Below, in pieces: positions 50,943 through 60,750 of a stretch of DNA of 64,000 nt. Position 1 is the first letter of the stretch; the number at the start of each line of letters is the position of its first letter. This DNA comes from a virus (Duplodnaviria; Caudoviricetes): positions 32,001 through 96,000 of the IMG/VR virus record IMGVR_UViG_3300037067_026718; one strand, 5' to 3'. Both the position numbers and the translations under genes were made by a program. The notes beneath the pieces are model-generated. The model ran no database searches. It was not told where the DNA came from and saw only the letters and a program-made list of their open reading frames with translations.

Positions 50943-51924
50943 CTTCGTTCCTTTCTTTTATTTCTTCTTTTATCGGGTATAAATATAATGGACCAAGAAT
51001 CACCTTGGGCCTCATACAGAAGGAGAACATCATGATGGATCCTAGCCTGGAAGACACCGACTTCGGTTTTGATACCGAAGAAATAGAGGACTTCTGGGAC
51101 TCAGAAAGCTCAGAATCCCAGTAAGCGCCGCGTCTTTTGGGGGGGTCTTGTGCCGCAAGGCCCTCCCTCACCCTCGATTCGGCCTTGCCCAGGATCTGTC
51201 TGATTCTTTCTCTGGACAGATTGAGAACATGGCCTATCTCTCGTAAAGTGTGCCTGTGGCACTGCAGACCATGGCGCCGACAAAACACATCTTTTTCCCT
51301 GGCCGGAAGACCAGATACGATCGCCATGATTTTGTCCATCATGATCCCATCGGCTATCTCGTCTTCTCCGGACTGACATGAAACCACTTCATCGTTGTAT
51401 TCCTCGTACTGCAGACAGCTCACCGCGCTGTTGATCCTATTCATGTCGAGATTGAGGTCCGCTGCCAAGCCAAGGTAGTCTACATCCTCCATGGTTCTCT
51501 GCATGAGTTCAGCACTGAGCTGCCTGACAAAATCGATCTGGTAGAGAGTCCCGGGAGGAACATAAGCACAGGTGCTGGTAGTCCTGATGTACTTGTTGAT
51601 CCTCTGCTTTGCCCATTTTTTGGCGTACGTAGCAAACTTCGTGCCTCTGTCCGGGTCGAAACGGGACGCTGCTTCATAGTACCCGTCGATACCGCAGGAT
51701 ATGATGTCTTCAAAACAAATCGGAGGCTTGATGTAGTACTCCTGAGCGCAGGCGATGAAAAGGTATCTGAGATTGGCCATGACCAGTTTATTTTTAGCTT
51801 CAGCCACATCGTTGGGATTGTCTGAGGACTGAATGATGACTCCCAGCCGATGTTCTTCTTCCCTCGTTATGGGAACGGCTTCCGCAAGCATTCCTCTGTA
51901 ACTGTCAGGGATGAATGGCTTCAT
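50920..51924 (-). CDS. RNA polymerase sigma-70 family factor (RpoD/RpoS-like regions 1.2-4)
   Basis: ITREEE, KLVMANLR, RFDPDRGTKFATYA..W, LPAREK...TLREIG..LNLSRERIRQI. Confidence 0.93.
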   Translation of the reverse strand: MKPFIPDSYRGMLAEAVPITREEEHRLGVIIQSSDNPNDVAEAKNKLVMANLRYLFIACAQEYYIKPPICFEDIISCGIDGYYEAASRFDPDRGTKFATYAKKWAKQRINKYIRTTSTCAYVPPGTLYQIDFVRQLSAELMQRTMEDVDYLGLAADLNLDMNRINSAVSCLQYEEYNDEVVSCQSGEDEIADGIMMDKIMAIVSGLPAREKDVFCRRHGLQCHRHTLREIGHVLNLSRERIRQILGKAESRVREGLAAQDPPKRRGAYWDSELSESQKSSISSVSKPKSVSSRLGSIMMFSFCMRPKVILGPLYLYPIKEEIKERNEDVQKIPC

Positions 51925-52346
51925 ACACTACCCGGCCTGGCCAAGTCGTCAGGGTCATACTCGCCATCAAATTCACTGGCGACATCATTGTCGATGGCTG
52001 TTTGCAAATGGCTTTTGGATTGTGCAATTATTTCCTGCTTCATCTTTTCACTGGCTGCCTGTACGTCAGTATCAGTTTCAGCTTCTTCTTTGTCGTCTTC
52101 TACCCATTCCCATTTATAGTAGAAAACTATGATGTTGCAGGTAAGCTGGTTCTGGTTGGACTGCCATTTGTTTTCAATGTTCTCAATGCCTATTAAGCCT
52201 TGTTCGCTTTCATTCATTAACTCCGCATATCGCATTCTGTCAGCAAGCTCCTGCATATCTAAGAATGCAGGGGGCTGATGGACCTTGACCCTTTTCATCT
52301 TGGCCAAGGTGTTGACTGATTTTCTTAGTTCTTGGCTGGTTTTCAT
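51921..52346 (-). CDS. hypothetical acidic protein
   Basis: 141-aa ORF between the portal and sigma genes, ATGA overlap. Confidence 0.65.
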   Translation of the reverse strand: MKTSQELRKSVNTLAKMKRVKVHQPPAFLDMQELADRMRYAELMNESEQGLIGIENIENKWQSNQNQLTCNIIVFYYKWEWVEDDKEEAETDTDVQAASEKMKQEIIAQSKSHLQTAIDNDVASEFDGEYDPDDLARPGSV

Positions 52347-52349
52347 TGT

Positions 52350-54452
52350 TTATCCCATTCCTTCTCTACGTGGAGGGAGGACATCCGGCATAGGCTGAGT
52401 GCCATCATTATTCGCTTGCTGCGGACTGTTCTGGGCTCCTTCACCAGGGTTGATACCGACCCCCTGGGCTCGAAGGGCGCTGACAATTGCGTTGTATGTT
52501 TCTTGGTCATACTGATGAACGTGGTTGAGGAATGCTGTTCTTTCCTGATCTTCCATGCTTGAGAGCAAGCCGGTAATGAAGCTGATTCTGTCCTCCCCCT
52601 GAAGGGATGGCTGCCCAACCCCTCCGGCTTCCATCGAAGAGAACAGGAACCGGTCTTTCTGACCTCTGTTCAAGGATGTCTGAGCATTGGCCTGTTCCCT
52701 CATGAGGAAGGTATCGGTAGCCCTCTGGGACTTCGCAATGGCCGCCTGCCTGGCCATGAACTGGTTGACAGCGATGTTGTGCTGGAGGATGATGCTTGCA
52801 GCAATTTCAGGGGGGATCCCTTTTTGCGTATACGACTCAAACAGAGAAAGAGTCTTGTCTTTGCTGACGCGAAGCATGTCATCGGCATCTGAAGCTGCGC
52901 TGCTGGACATCATGCCTTGTATCTTGATATTGGCATCAGCCTGTGACTTGGCTGCTATGTCCTGAACGGCGGCCGATACCTGGGCTTGCCATATCTGGTA
53001 TTCCTTCATGCCAGCGCGTTCTTTGACGGGATCCAGGCCCAACGTCTTGCAGTAGGTGTCATGGCAAAAGGCTCCGTTTCGGAATCCTTCCGAGACCTGA
53101 TTTTTGTACATGACATCGTCTACACGCCTGAATTCCTTGAACGCCAGGGTATGCTTGGGGATGGCAGTTCCCATGTATTCCTGCAGCAGGCTGGAGAAAA
53201 ACTTGCAGGCCTGATTGTATCCGTTATAGGTTTCGATCCATGAGTTTTCAACAATGCGCATAGCCGCGGTGCTGCCGGCATAGTGCGCAGAGCCGTTGAA
53301 GAGCCCTCGAGGAGATCCCATGGCCAACATGGCTTCTTCGGTGTTGTACTGTATCTGAGCCGTCGGGAAAAGCATGTTGCCACGGCCCAAAGCCTGTTCA
53401 ACTCCGATGGGTATGTTCGAAATGACGAAGTGTGATGGATTCTTGACCCATTTTTTTAGCTCGCCAAACAATTCGTCGCGGAACTTGTTCAGCAAGATGG
53501 ACCCCTTGCTTAGATTTTCGTCACCTGCAAGCCTGGGGAAAAACATCGGTAGAGGAACGGTATGCTGTATCGCTATGGCTTCGGTTGCTTTCTCCAGCAG
53601 CAAATTGTTGTAGAGCTGGTTGAAAGGCTTGAGACCGCCCGGCTCGGGCCAAGGCATATCGACCTGGGTCGGATCCTCTATTCTGATGATGAACAGGTTG
53701 TCATTGTCCAGCAGCAAGGAGTTGCCGGTCATGGCCGCCTTGAGGTAATCCAAGGAGCTTCTCTTGATGTACCATTTGTCACCGCGCTTTATGCGTCTGG
53801 TAGCCTTTTCCGAAGGAGTATACCAACATACGTAATCGCCGGTGATCTCATGGGTCTTCATATCGACCCTGGTAGGATCGAAGTGAGATATCCGAACATT
53901 TTTGAAAGTAGCCGATACTTCTTCCGATGCGCTGAACGATACCTTCTTCTCTTTGCATTTCGGACAGGTACCGGTAAAGATGAGTTCCTTTTTCTTGCAC
54001 TCCATCTTCCAACTGTCGTCATCCATCGACTCGAGTGCGCTGGTTTCTCCGCACTTGCTACATTTAAGGCTAATGGCAGGGCATATCCAGAGGTATGCAA
54101 ATGCGATATTGAAAAGATGGAGGTCTATGCCTATCCTTTTGATGGACGGTATCAGCTTCAGCGCTTCGTAGTCTTTCTTCAGCTTGTCGATTTTCTGAGA
54201 TCTGGCCTCCGGAGCAAGCTTGGCATCTTCTTCAGCAAGTTCGATCTCTATCTCCGTAAGAGGATATGTAGCTTTCTGTTGTATGATATAACGGAGTGTA
54301 CCGTTCCGCTTGTAAAGCCATCGAGCAACAAGTTGCTTTTCCTTCCTTGAAACCGGTCTCTCCATTTCGGACCGGAGTCCGACAAAGGGAGAAGGCGCCG
54401 GCACACTGGCATAGTTAGAGACGGGACTACCGGAATAGATGGGATCACTCAT
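52350..54452 (-). CDS. putative portal protein with a zinc-ribbon insertion
   Basis: 700 aa; portal-like order (GIDLHLFNIAF, IAIQHTVP, MLAMGSP..LF, L.FKEF); CSKC...CPKC insert; disordered tail; head-module context. Confidence 0.65.
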   Translation of the reverse strand: MSDPIYSGSPVSNYASVPAPSPFVGLRSEMERPVSRKEKQLVARWLYKRNGTLRYIIQQKATYPLTEIEIELAEEDAKLAPEARSQKIDKLKKDYEALKLIPSIKRIGIDLHLFNIAFAYLWICPAISLKCSKCGETSALESMDDDSWKMECKKKELIFTGTCPKCKEKKVSFSASEEVSATFKNVRISHFDPTRVDMKTHEITGDYVCWYTPSEKATRRIKRGDKWYIKRSSLDYLKAAMTGNSLLLDNDNLFIIRIEDPTQVDMPWPEPGGLKPFNQLYNNLLLEKATEAIAIQHTVPLPMFFPRLAGDENLSKGSILLNKFRDELFGELKKWVKNPSHFVISNIPIGVEQALGRGNMLFPTAQIQYNTEEAMLAMGSPRGLFNGSAHYAGSTAAMRIVENSWIETYNGYNQACKFFSSLLQEYMGTAIPKHTLAFKEFRRVDDVMYKNQVSEGFRNGAFCHDTYCKTLGLDPVKERAGMKEYQIWQAQVSAAVQDIAAKSQADANIKIQGMMSSSAASDADDMLRVSKDKTLSLFESYTQKGIPPEIAASIILQHNIAVNQFMARQAAIAKSQRATDTFLMREQANAQTSLNRGQKDRFLFSSMEAGGVGQPSLQGEDRISFITGLLSSMEDQERTAFLNHVHQYDQETYNAIVSALRAQGVGINPGEGAQNSPQQANNDGTQPMPDVLPPRREGMG

Positions 54453-55038
54453 GGCTTCGCCTTTCCACGTACTCCTCTATCATAAGAAGACGCTCAGTAT
54501 GCTGGTATTCTTCGGTTTCCAGATCTCCAGACCGGTAACTGTCGTATGAAAGTTTCAAGGCTTCCTGGATCACAGATGCTTCAGGACCCTGCCGGCTGTA
54601 GAGTATCTTCGAAAGGTATGGCTCGGCTATGTCACGCAGCTTGCCTTCGGGCAGCCAGTAGATGCCATGCTTGAAAAAGACCGCGGCGACCATGGCCTTC
54701 ACGCTGCCGGAAAACTCCTGCTCCCCGGCTATCTCTTCCATGACATGGACTCCCCAGGCTATCTGCATGGGGGTACAGTAATTGGGGTTTTCCGTTGTGA
54801 TGTCGGAACCATTGAGGGCCTTTACCGTTGCCAGGAAAACATTCCAGTCCTGCCATGCTGTATCAGCCTTGAGAGCCGACCTGACAGCCATGATGCAATC
54901 CCTCTCGGATTGCGATAAGGAAGAGTTCGTATCGGTTTCTATGGCTTCCCAGAGAACGACAGGGTCCCATATCAACCAGTCGGGGCCGTATCTGTCATTG
55001 AGCTCGGAAGCCATGGAAACCGGAGTTGATGGCATCAA
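54445..55038 (-). CDS. conserved head-module hypothetical protein
   Basis: YGPDWLIWDP..LW, WQDWNVF...ALNG; overlaps both neighbours. Confidence 0.7.
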   Translation of the reverse strand: MMPSTPVSMASELNDRYGPDWLIWDPVVLWEAIETDTNSSLSQSERDCIMAVRSALKADTAWQDWNVFLATVKALNGSDITTENPNYCTPMQIAWGVHVMEEIAGEQEFSGSVKAMVAAVFFKHGIYWLPEGKLRDIAEPYLSKILYSRQGPEASVIQEALKLSYDSYRSGDLETEEYQHTERLLMIEEYVERRSHE

Positions 55039-56144
55039 ACATCACCCTTCATCAACGCCAGGACGAGCTGCTTGTGCGCAGCGGGGAGTTCATCGAAACC
55101 GGCCTTGGGATCCTGTTCAAGCCTCGCAACGTTGCTGTCACCAATGTACTTGCGTATTACGTCGCTCTTGCTGTTCACAGTGGAACGAACGGTATCGACG
55201 GGATAGTCTATGCCCCCCATGGCCACAACCTCTTCGGCTTTCTTGCGCATGGGCTCAGTTACATGGCTGATGACGGCATCCAGAGGAGGAAGAAGCTCTT
55301 TGCTCCATCTGAAATCGAGGCGGCTGAGTCGGTCCAGCTTGTCTACTGCGGTGGCAACGGCCCGGGGATCTGATGCCGATGCAGTTTTGACGAGCTCATG
55401 ATATGCGTTTTTGAACCGGTCGCTTCCGGCCATGGCAGCCCTTTTGGCCATCTGAGATTCGAAGACTTCACTGAACTCTGTGCCGAGGATCCTCCGCGAC
55501 ACATGGTCGTCGGGGATTTCTACTCCGACATCGGACGCTCTTTTGATGATGTTGCCGGCCATCTGGACCGCATATCCAAACGCCATGATGGAAGCTTCCT
55601 TTTCGAGCTTGCGCATGGCTTCCCTGAGCTCACGCTCGGTGTCGATCGGAACGGAAAGAAATGGGGCTCCGGTAAGATCTTCGTTGATGGCGTAGCATTT
55701 GTGCGAAGCCACCTTTTCCATAGAAAGATAATGGCTTCTTTCGTCTTCCCTGGTGATGGTGTAGTAGGGGCTTCTGTAGTCAGGGCACTCGGAGGCCAGC
55801 TTGGAGATTTCATCAGGAACGACTACTGCATACCTCTGGCATGCCTTGGCGATCCCTGCCGCTGCGTGTCGCTGCATGGCGATGGGCAGCTTATCATGGT
55901 TCTCAAGAAAAGCCATCTTCGCCATCTGAGTGTTGGATAATGAATTGAGAAAGAACTTCCTGACGAGGCTGCCGGTCTTGCTCAACACGACAATAGCGAA
56001 GTCGGTATCCTTGCCTCTTCGCATGTCTTCATCGGAGTAGAATGAATCGTGGTAATGAGCCGCTACCTTCTCCATTTCGCCTTTGGGCGTAACTCCTGCA
56101 TCAACCATGTCGTACTGGTCGAGCACCAATGTCTTGATATTCAT
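55035..56144 (-). CDS. KxA-motif-rich head-module protein
   Basis: MEKVAA, ISKLAS, MEKVAS, EKEAS, IIKRAS, MAKRAA, LVKTAS. Confidence 0.75.
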   Translation of the reverse strand: MNIKTLVLDQYDMVDAGVTPKGEMEKVAAHYHDSFYSDEDMRRGKDTDFAIVVLSKTGSLVRKFFLNSLSNTQMAKMAFLENHDKLPIAMQRHAAAGIAKACQRYAVVVPDEISKLASECPDYRSPYYTITREDERSHYLSMEKVASHKCYAINEDLTGAPFLSVPIDTERELREAMRKLEKEASIMAFGYAVQMAGNIIKRASDVGVEIPDDHVSRRILGTEFSEVFESQMAKRAAMAGSDRFKNAYHELVKTASASDPRAVATAVDKLDRLSRLDFRWSKELLPPLDAVISHVTEPMRKKAEEVVAMGGIDYPVDTVRSTVNSKSDVIRKYIGDSNVARLEQDPKAGFDELPAAHKQLVLALMKGDV

Positions 56145-56152
56145 ACTACTCC

Positions 56153-56701
56153 CTAGCTTCTTACGATCAAATGATCAGACCTGCTGTTTTCAGTTAGAAC
56201 GTCTGCTCCTATTGGTTGATTTATAATAGCCCTAAGGGTGTAGAGACCGAGGGGCCATGCATCTGTTTCAAGTACAGGAGTGGTGAAATGTCCTCTTTCG
56301 GCATCAACCGAAGTCAGGTCTTCGTCGATCACCATCTCCTGTGCAGTATCGCTGAAACCCAGGAGGGTTACATCGCTCTGAGCTGTCGTCTGAGCATCGG
56401 GAGTATAGGAGGCCCCGGAATCCATGCCTAAAAGTTCTTCTCCTACTTCCGATTCACCGCTGATGTCAATCAGATAGATGTCACTATCTGCTCCGGCTTC
56501 TACGAAGTACCCGTAGTAATCTGTTTCGGCCTGGTACACTCTTTCGCCGGGAATGAATGTTCCGACAACAACGCCTCCTGTGTAATGTCTGATTACATTA
56601 CTCAGATCCAAAGGCGCCCCATCCTGGTCTTTGACGTACACTGATATTTTAATTTTGTCACCCAGTGTTATGACGGGTTTGTCAGTAGCTATTGAAATCA
56701 A
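56153..56701 (-). CDS. putative virion structural protein (Ig-like, beta-rich)
   Basis: TTG start after GAGGAGG; GDKIKISVYVKDQDGAPLDLS; acidic. Confidence 0.65.
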   Translation of the reverse strand: MISIATDKPVITLGDKIKISVYVKDQDGAPLDLSNVIRHYTGGVVVGTFIPGERVYQAETDYYGYFVEAGADSDIYLIDISGESEVGEELLGMDSGASYTPDAQTTAQSDVTLLGFSDTAQEMVIDEDLTSVDAERGHFTTPVLETDAWPLGLYTLRAIINQPIGADVLTENSRSDHLIVRS

Positions 56702-56711
56702 CTCAGCCTCC

Positions 56712-57383
56712 TCAGTCGAAGGAGAATATCTCACTTGTTAAGAGAGCAAACAAGCCGTGGTCACCCTTGAAATCGGTGCCGTAATGAATACCCAATCTCA
56801 AGTTGGTATGCTCCGGGAAAAGGTCGAAATTCAACCCTACTCCAGCGGTCACTTCACTGAATGGATCTTCGTAAGGAGTCATGGCAGAAGCTGCGATATG
56901 AGGATTGAACCCTCTGATCCCAAACAGATCGTTGAAGTAAACAAACTCGAGCGTCCCGGCATATCCCCCAGTGGAAGCCCCCAGTGTTCCGTTGAACTCC
57001 CAACCGGTCCAGCGCTTCATCATGATAAACTGGCCTTGTCCGTCTGGCTTGAGATACCATGGACCGTGATAGGGCAGATCATAAGAAAAGTAGGAAAGCT
57101 GGTTGGTGCTGGGCTCGTAGTAACTTATCACCATCGTATCGTCCGATACCTGCGCTCCGGCAGTAATGATCGTGCCTACCTCTACATCCTCAGGCTTGTC
57201 AATCGTGCCGAGAGGCTTTGGCTTGACCTCTGTAAGCCAGAAACCGGAAGGGATGGTCGGAACGCTGCTGCCTGGAATAGCGAGGTTGATGATGGAATCT
57301 GCCGCACAGGACGCACGAAGGACAACGACCACGACCAATGCAGCCAGAATGATCCCACAGATGCCGGCGATCTTGTTTGCCAT
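56712..57383 (-). CDS. membrane-anchored protein with beta-strand-rich C-terminus
   Basis: N-terminal TM/signal; alternating hydrophobic beta strands; TAATG coupling. Confidence 0.65.
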   Translation of the reverse strand: MANKIAGICGIILAALVVVVVLRASCAADSIINLAIPGSSVPTIPSGFWLTEVKPKPLGTIDKPEDVEVGTIITAGAQVSDDTMVISYYEPSTNQLSYFSYDLPYHGPWYLKPDGQGQFIMMKRWTGWEFNGTLGASTGGYAGTLEFVYFNDLFGIRGFNPHIAASAMTPYEDPFSEVTAGVGLNFDLFPEHTNLRLGIHYGTDFKGDHGLFALLTSEIFSFD

Positions 57384-59032
57384 TACTCTTCCCTCGCAAT
57401 CATCAACTGGATTGTTCCAAAGAAGTCGCAGTGTTTGTTCAAAGCGAATAAAGCGCGGAAAACTACAGTGGAGCCGTTAGGCACTTCGATGTACTCACTG
57501 ACGTCGCCCGGGATCCATGAACTTTCGTAAGGAGAGGGTGGAGCTGCAGGGCAGTCTACATCCAGCACAATTCCGACAGGAGAGACGGAGACTACCTGGC
57601 CGCTATTGCTGAATCCGGCATCAGCAGCGTAGTTTGTCAGCAAAGCCCTGACGATATGCTCGGTCTTTCCGGATACATTCTTGTACTTGAACAGCGTTGC
57701 TTGAGTGCCGGCATTGTTGCAGAACCGGCAGGTCAAGTTGTCCGCTGAGAAGGCATCTCTCCCGAATGTCATTGTGAAGGTGTGGTTGCCCATGGACACC
57801 GCTGAAGGAGGAGTCAACGTCACGAGCTTAGTTTTTCTCTTCAATACGTTGTTCTGGGCATCAACCAGCCTGGCCGTAATGTGGATTTCCTCGGCTCCCA
57901 CCGGGGTAGGAATCAACTGTCTGATGGGGACGGACACAGTGCTGCTGGGATAGGACCTCATCGGTATTTCGTAATGAGGCTCACCGGCGGGATAGTCTTC
58001 GTCAGTAGATGCCCACAACTGAACGAACACGCCTCCCATATCGGCGGAGTAGTCAAAGTAAGGCCTCACCCAGATTGCATCCATGTCTTCGAATATCCCG
58101 CTGGCCAGATTTAGAGAAGGGGTGCCAGAGGCCGGAAAGCCTCCCACCACTTCTTCAGGCTCAGACCATGTTCCAAGGGTGCCTCGATAAAGGTCGACGT
58201 TTCTGGTGGTGACCGAATAAGCAATGCCCGGGAACATTCGAATGCTGTCATGGTGGTAGTCGCCTATTTCGCGCATAGGAAGCATCTGGGAAAGGCTGTG
58301 TGCTTGGCCGTTATTCATTCCGGCTTTGATGATCTTGAATGCCCTGAAGGGAGGAGTCGGCATCTGCATTACCGAAAGAGCCTGCAGGAACATAGGAGAC
58401 TTGGGTATGAACAGAAGTGTGTCATGAGAGCTTTTGCGCAGCATATCATGGAGAAGCTGGACTACCTCTATCTCCGGCTTGTTGGCCGGCATGGCTTCGG
58501 CAATGGACCATGCGTTGCTGTAACGCGGTCTGTTCATCTCGATCTGAGGCTCGCTCATCACCGCGGTATAGAGGAACCTCGCCAGAATCATTTCGGAGCC
58601 GTCCACCGCAAGGATGGCTTTGTTCCGGATGAACAGGGAAACGTAGTCGTCGACGAACAAGTACTCGTTGTCAGCCTTAAAGCGCTCGCTGAACTTCCCC
58701 TTGGTCTGCCTCATGGCTCGATATTTGAGGACCAAATAACGGTATCCAGGAGCTTGCTCGATTGGGATGCTGACTTCGTAGGGGCTGGCAATGAAAACCT
58801 CACTGTTGGGAAAAAATGCGTCTCCACACGTCACTACGAGATGCTGCTGAACGGTGCCCCCAGGACTCCTGACTTTCTCTGTCTCGACGACAAAGGATTC
58901 TTCCTTGACTCCGGGCCGCTCCGTAAGAAGCCTGCCGATGGATTTGGCAGTATTGCCCTGGGCGTGGTTCATCAACGCAAACGAGTCCTGCATGGAGATC
59001 TCTAGGCCGCTGTTGTGAAGGTACTTGTTCAC
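57383..59032 (-). CDS. tail/baseplate-like structural protein (paralogue C)
   Basis: GTG start with GAGG RBS and GTGA overlap; N-terminus similar to 59029-60750 and 60747-62537. Confidence 0.7.
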   Translation of the reverse strand: MNKYLHNSGLEISMQDSFALMNHAQGNTAKSIGRLLTERPGVKEESFVVETEKVRSPGGTVQQHLVVTCGDAFFPNSEVFIASPYEVSIPIEQAPGYRYLVLKYRAMRQTKGKFSERFKADNEYLFVDDYVSLFIRNKAILAVDGSEMILARFLYTAVMSEPQIEMNRPRYSNAWSIAEAMPANKPEIEVVQLLHDMLRKSSHDTLLFIPKSPMFLQALSVMQMPTPPFRAFKIIKAGMNNGQAHSLSQMLPMREIGDYHHDSIRMFPGIAYSVTTRNVDLYRGTLGTWSEPEEVVGGFPASGTPSLNLASGIFEDMDAIWVRPYFDYSADMGGVFVQLWASTDEDYPAGEPHYEIPMRSYPSSTVSVPIRQLIPTPVGAEEIHITARLVDAQNNVLKRKTKLVTLTPPSAVSMGNHTFTMTFGRDAFSADNLTCRFCNNAGTQATLFKYKNVSGKTEHIVRALLTNYAADAGFSNSGQVVSVSPVGIVLDVDCPAAPPSPYESSWIPGDVSEYIEVPNGSTVVFRALFALNKHCDFFGTIQLMIAREE

Positions 59033-60750
59033 GATATCAACCTCTTTGCATAGATGAAGACAAGCAACCCATAAGGATGGATTCCCGTTGCCGGAACAGC
59101 TTCTTGAATGTTGACGCCAATTTTGGTGCCTGCGTCTATCTGAGGAGCAGTGGCTTCTACTACATCTATCTGCACCTCTCCGTAATCCTTTGCGAGAAGG
59201 TCTATGGGGCCGTAGCCCAAGTCGACAGAAGCGTAATCGCAAAGCGTAAGTACGGCGTCATTGGCTATCCCATTATATACCGCAGCACCGCCGGCGCTGA
59301 TGTCTCCGACGTAAGGATTGACCACCAGCATCTTCGATATGATCATGTCCCATGGAGCAGTGATGTATCCAAACTCTATTTCATCAGTTGTGTCGACTCC
59401 CATCACGTCTTCCTCAATGGGAACCTTGAGAACAAGCATTTCTTCGACAGCCCCTATGGATGGGTTAGTGTGACCTTGAGGATATTCTTTATTTTCTGTA
59501 TTTAATGGAGATACTATTCCAGTATCGCTTAGAGATCTTGCGAAGAATGTTACGTTTTCCTTGTCTCCACCCGGTCTGTAGTAGATGCCTTTTGGCGGTC
59601 CGTCGTAATAAAGCCTGGCCATGGATTCCATGTCTCCCGTAACGGGGGATCCGTCATGCTCAGCCACGAAGATCTGCACTCGTCTCATCGGAATCGTCGA
59701 GTACGGCCTGATGTAGAAGTAGTTGTGATGCCAGTCCTCGGGATTCCCAGGGGCAAATACTTCGAGAGACAGTGGTCCCGATGCCGGAGCCACTGACTCT
59801 CCGGCGAACACGTACTTCGGAGTACCGGGCTCTGATATCAGCATATTGGTCGGACTTGCCGACTGGAACACTTCGGCCTTGTAATAGACTCCCGGGCAGC
59901 ACGGAATCGAAACCGAGAGGTACTGGCCTTCGTCTTCTTTGTCATACGGCACGCATGCCTCGAGTGAGGCTTCCGGATGCTCTTCTTCACCATCGGAGAC
60001 AGGAGTCAGCCTGGCTTTGTAGTAGAGCGGTCCTCTGACTTCCCAAAGACCGATGTTGGTGGGTTTTCTCCACTTGACTGTGATGACAGCCTGCTGCTGG
60101 GCAAAGGATTCCCGGGGAACACTCGTCGGATTGGCTCCATTGGTTACCATGAAAGTAGTAACCGACTGAACATCAATGGGCGCCAAGGAAGAAAGGCCCC
60201 AGCTCGAGTAGTAGGAAAGAATGCTGATGCAGCTTTCGCTCTGTCTGCTGTTGATCATCACTCCGCCCATGCTGTACGTCAGCGTGGACAGCAAGATCTG
60301 TGTTTCGGGATCCTCCACGGTACCATTGATGATCTTGATGACAACGCCAGTTCTCCGAAGGGTCGGAGCCGAAAGCGATGATATCACCTCTTCATCAGGT
60401 AACGGACGAATGCTGCGGTCATGGGTTTCTTCATCTACCTGCTCGAGGATGACGCTGTAGGGTTCTGTCTGCAGTGATGGCCCTTCCAGAGTGGGAAGAA
60501 CGATGCTGACGGTAGTATTGGGGGGAGCCACGAAGACTTCATAGTTGCCGAACACACATGCCCCGAGATGGACGGCAATGCTACCCTGGCTGGCCGTTAC
60601 CAGCCATGCATCGCCTTCCAGGCGCAGGCCGGTCTTGAGTACGAATGATCTCAGGTATTCTTTGGCATTGGCAATGTTGGCATCCTGGATGGCATCATAG
60701 AGCCCAGTGAGGCTTTTTATCTCATGGCTCTTGCAGAGAATCCTTTTCAT
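59029..60750 (-). CDS. tail/baseplate-like structural protein (paralogue B)
   Basis: 573 aa, beta-rich, FN3-like segments (TVKWRKP, YYKAEV); ATGA overlap. Confidence 0.72.
   Translation of the reverse strand: MKRILCKSHEIKSLTGLYDAIQDANIANAKEYLRSFVLKTGLRLEGDAWLVTASQGSIAVHLGACVFGNYEVFVAPPNTTVSIVLPTLEGPSLQTEPYSVILEQVDEETHDRSIRPLPDEEVISSLSAPTLRRTGVVIKIINGTVEDPETQILLSTLTYSMGGVMINSRQSESCISILSYYSSWGLSSLAPIDVQSVTTFMVTNGANPTSVPRESFAQQQAVITVKWRKPTNIGLWEVRGPLYYKARLTPVSDGEEEHPEASLEACVPYDKEDEGQYLSVSIPCCPGVYYKAEVFQSASPTNMLISEPGTPKYVFAGESVAPASGPLSLEVFAPGNPEDWHHNYFYIRPYSTIPMRRVQIFVAEHDGSPVTGDMESMARLYYDGPPKGIYYRPGGDKENVTFFARSLSDTGIVSPLNTENKEYPQGHTNPSIGAVEEMLVLKVPIEEDVMGVDTTDEIEFGYITAPWDMIISKMLVVNPYVGDISAGGAAVYNGIANDAVLTLCDYASVDLGYGPIDLLAKDYGEVQIDVVEATAPQIDAGTKIGVNIQEAVPATGIHPYGLLVFIYAKRLIS

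Noticed and set aside
59033-59242. N-terminal extensions in the ORF track (57383-59242, also 60747-62654, 40830-41396, 24110-24724 and 48688-49410)
   Set aside because: They overlap upstream genes, and better starts with an RBS or start-stop coupling exist downstream
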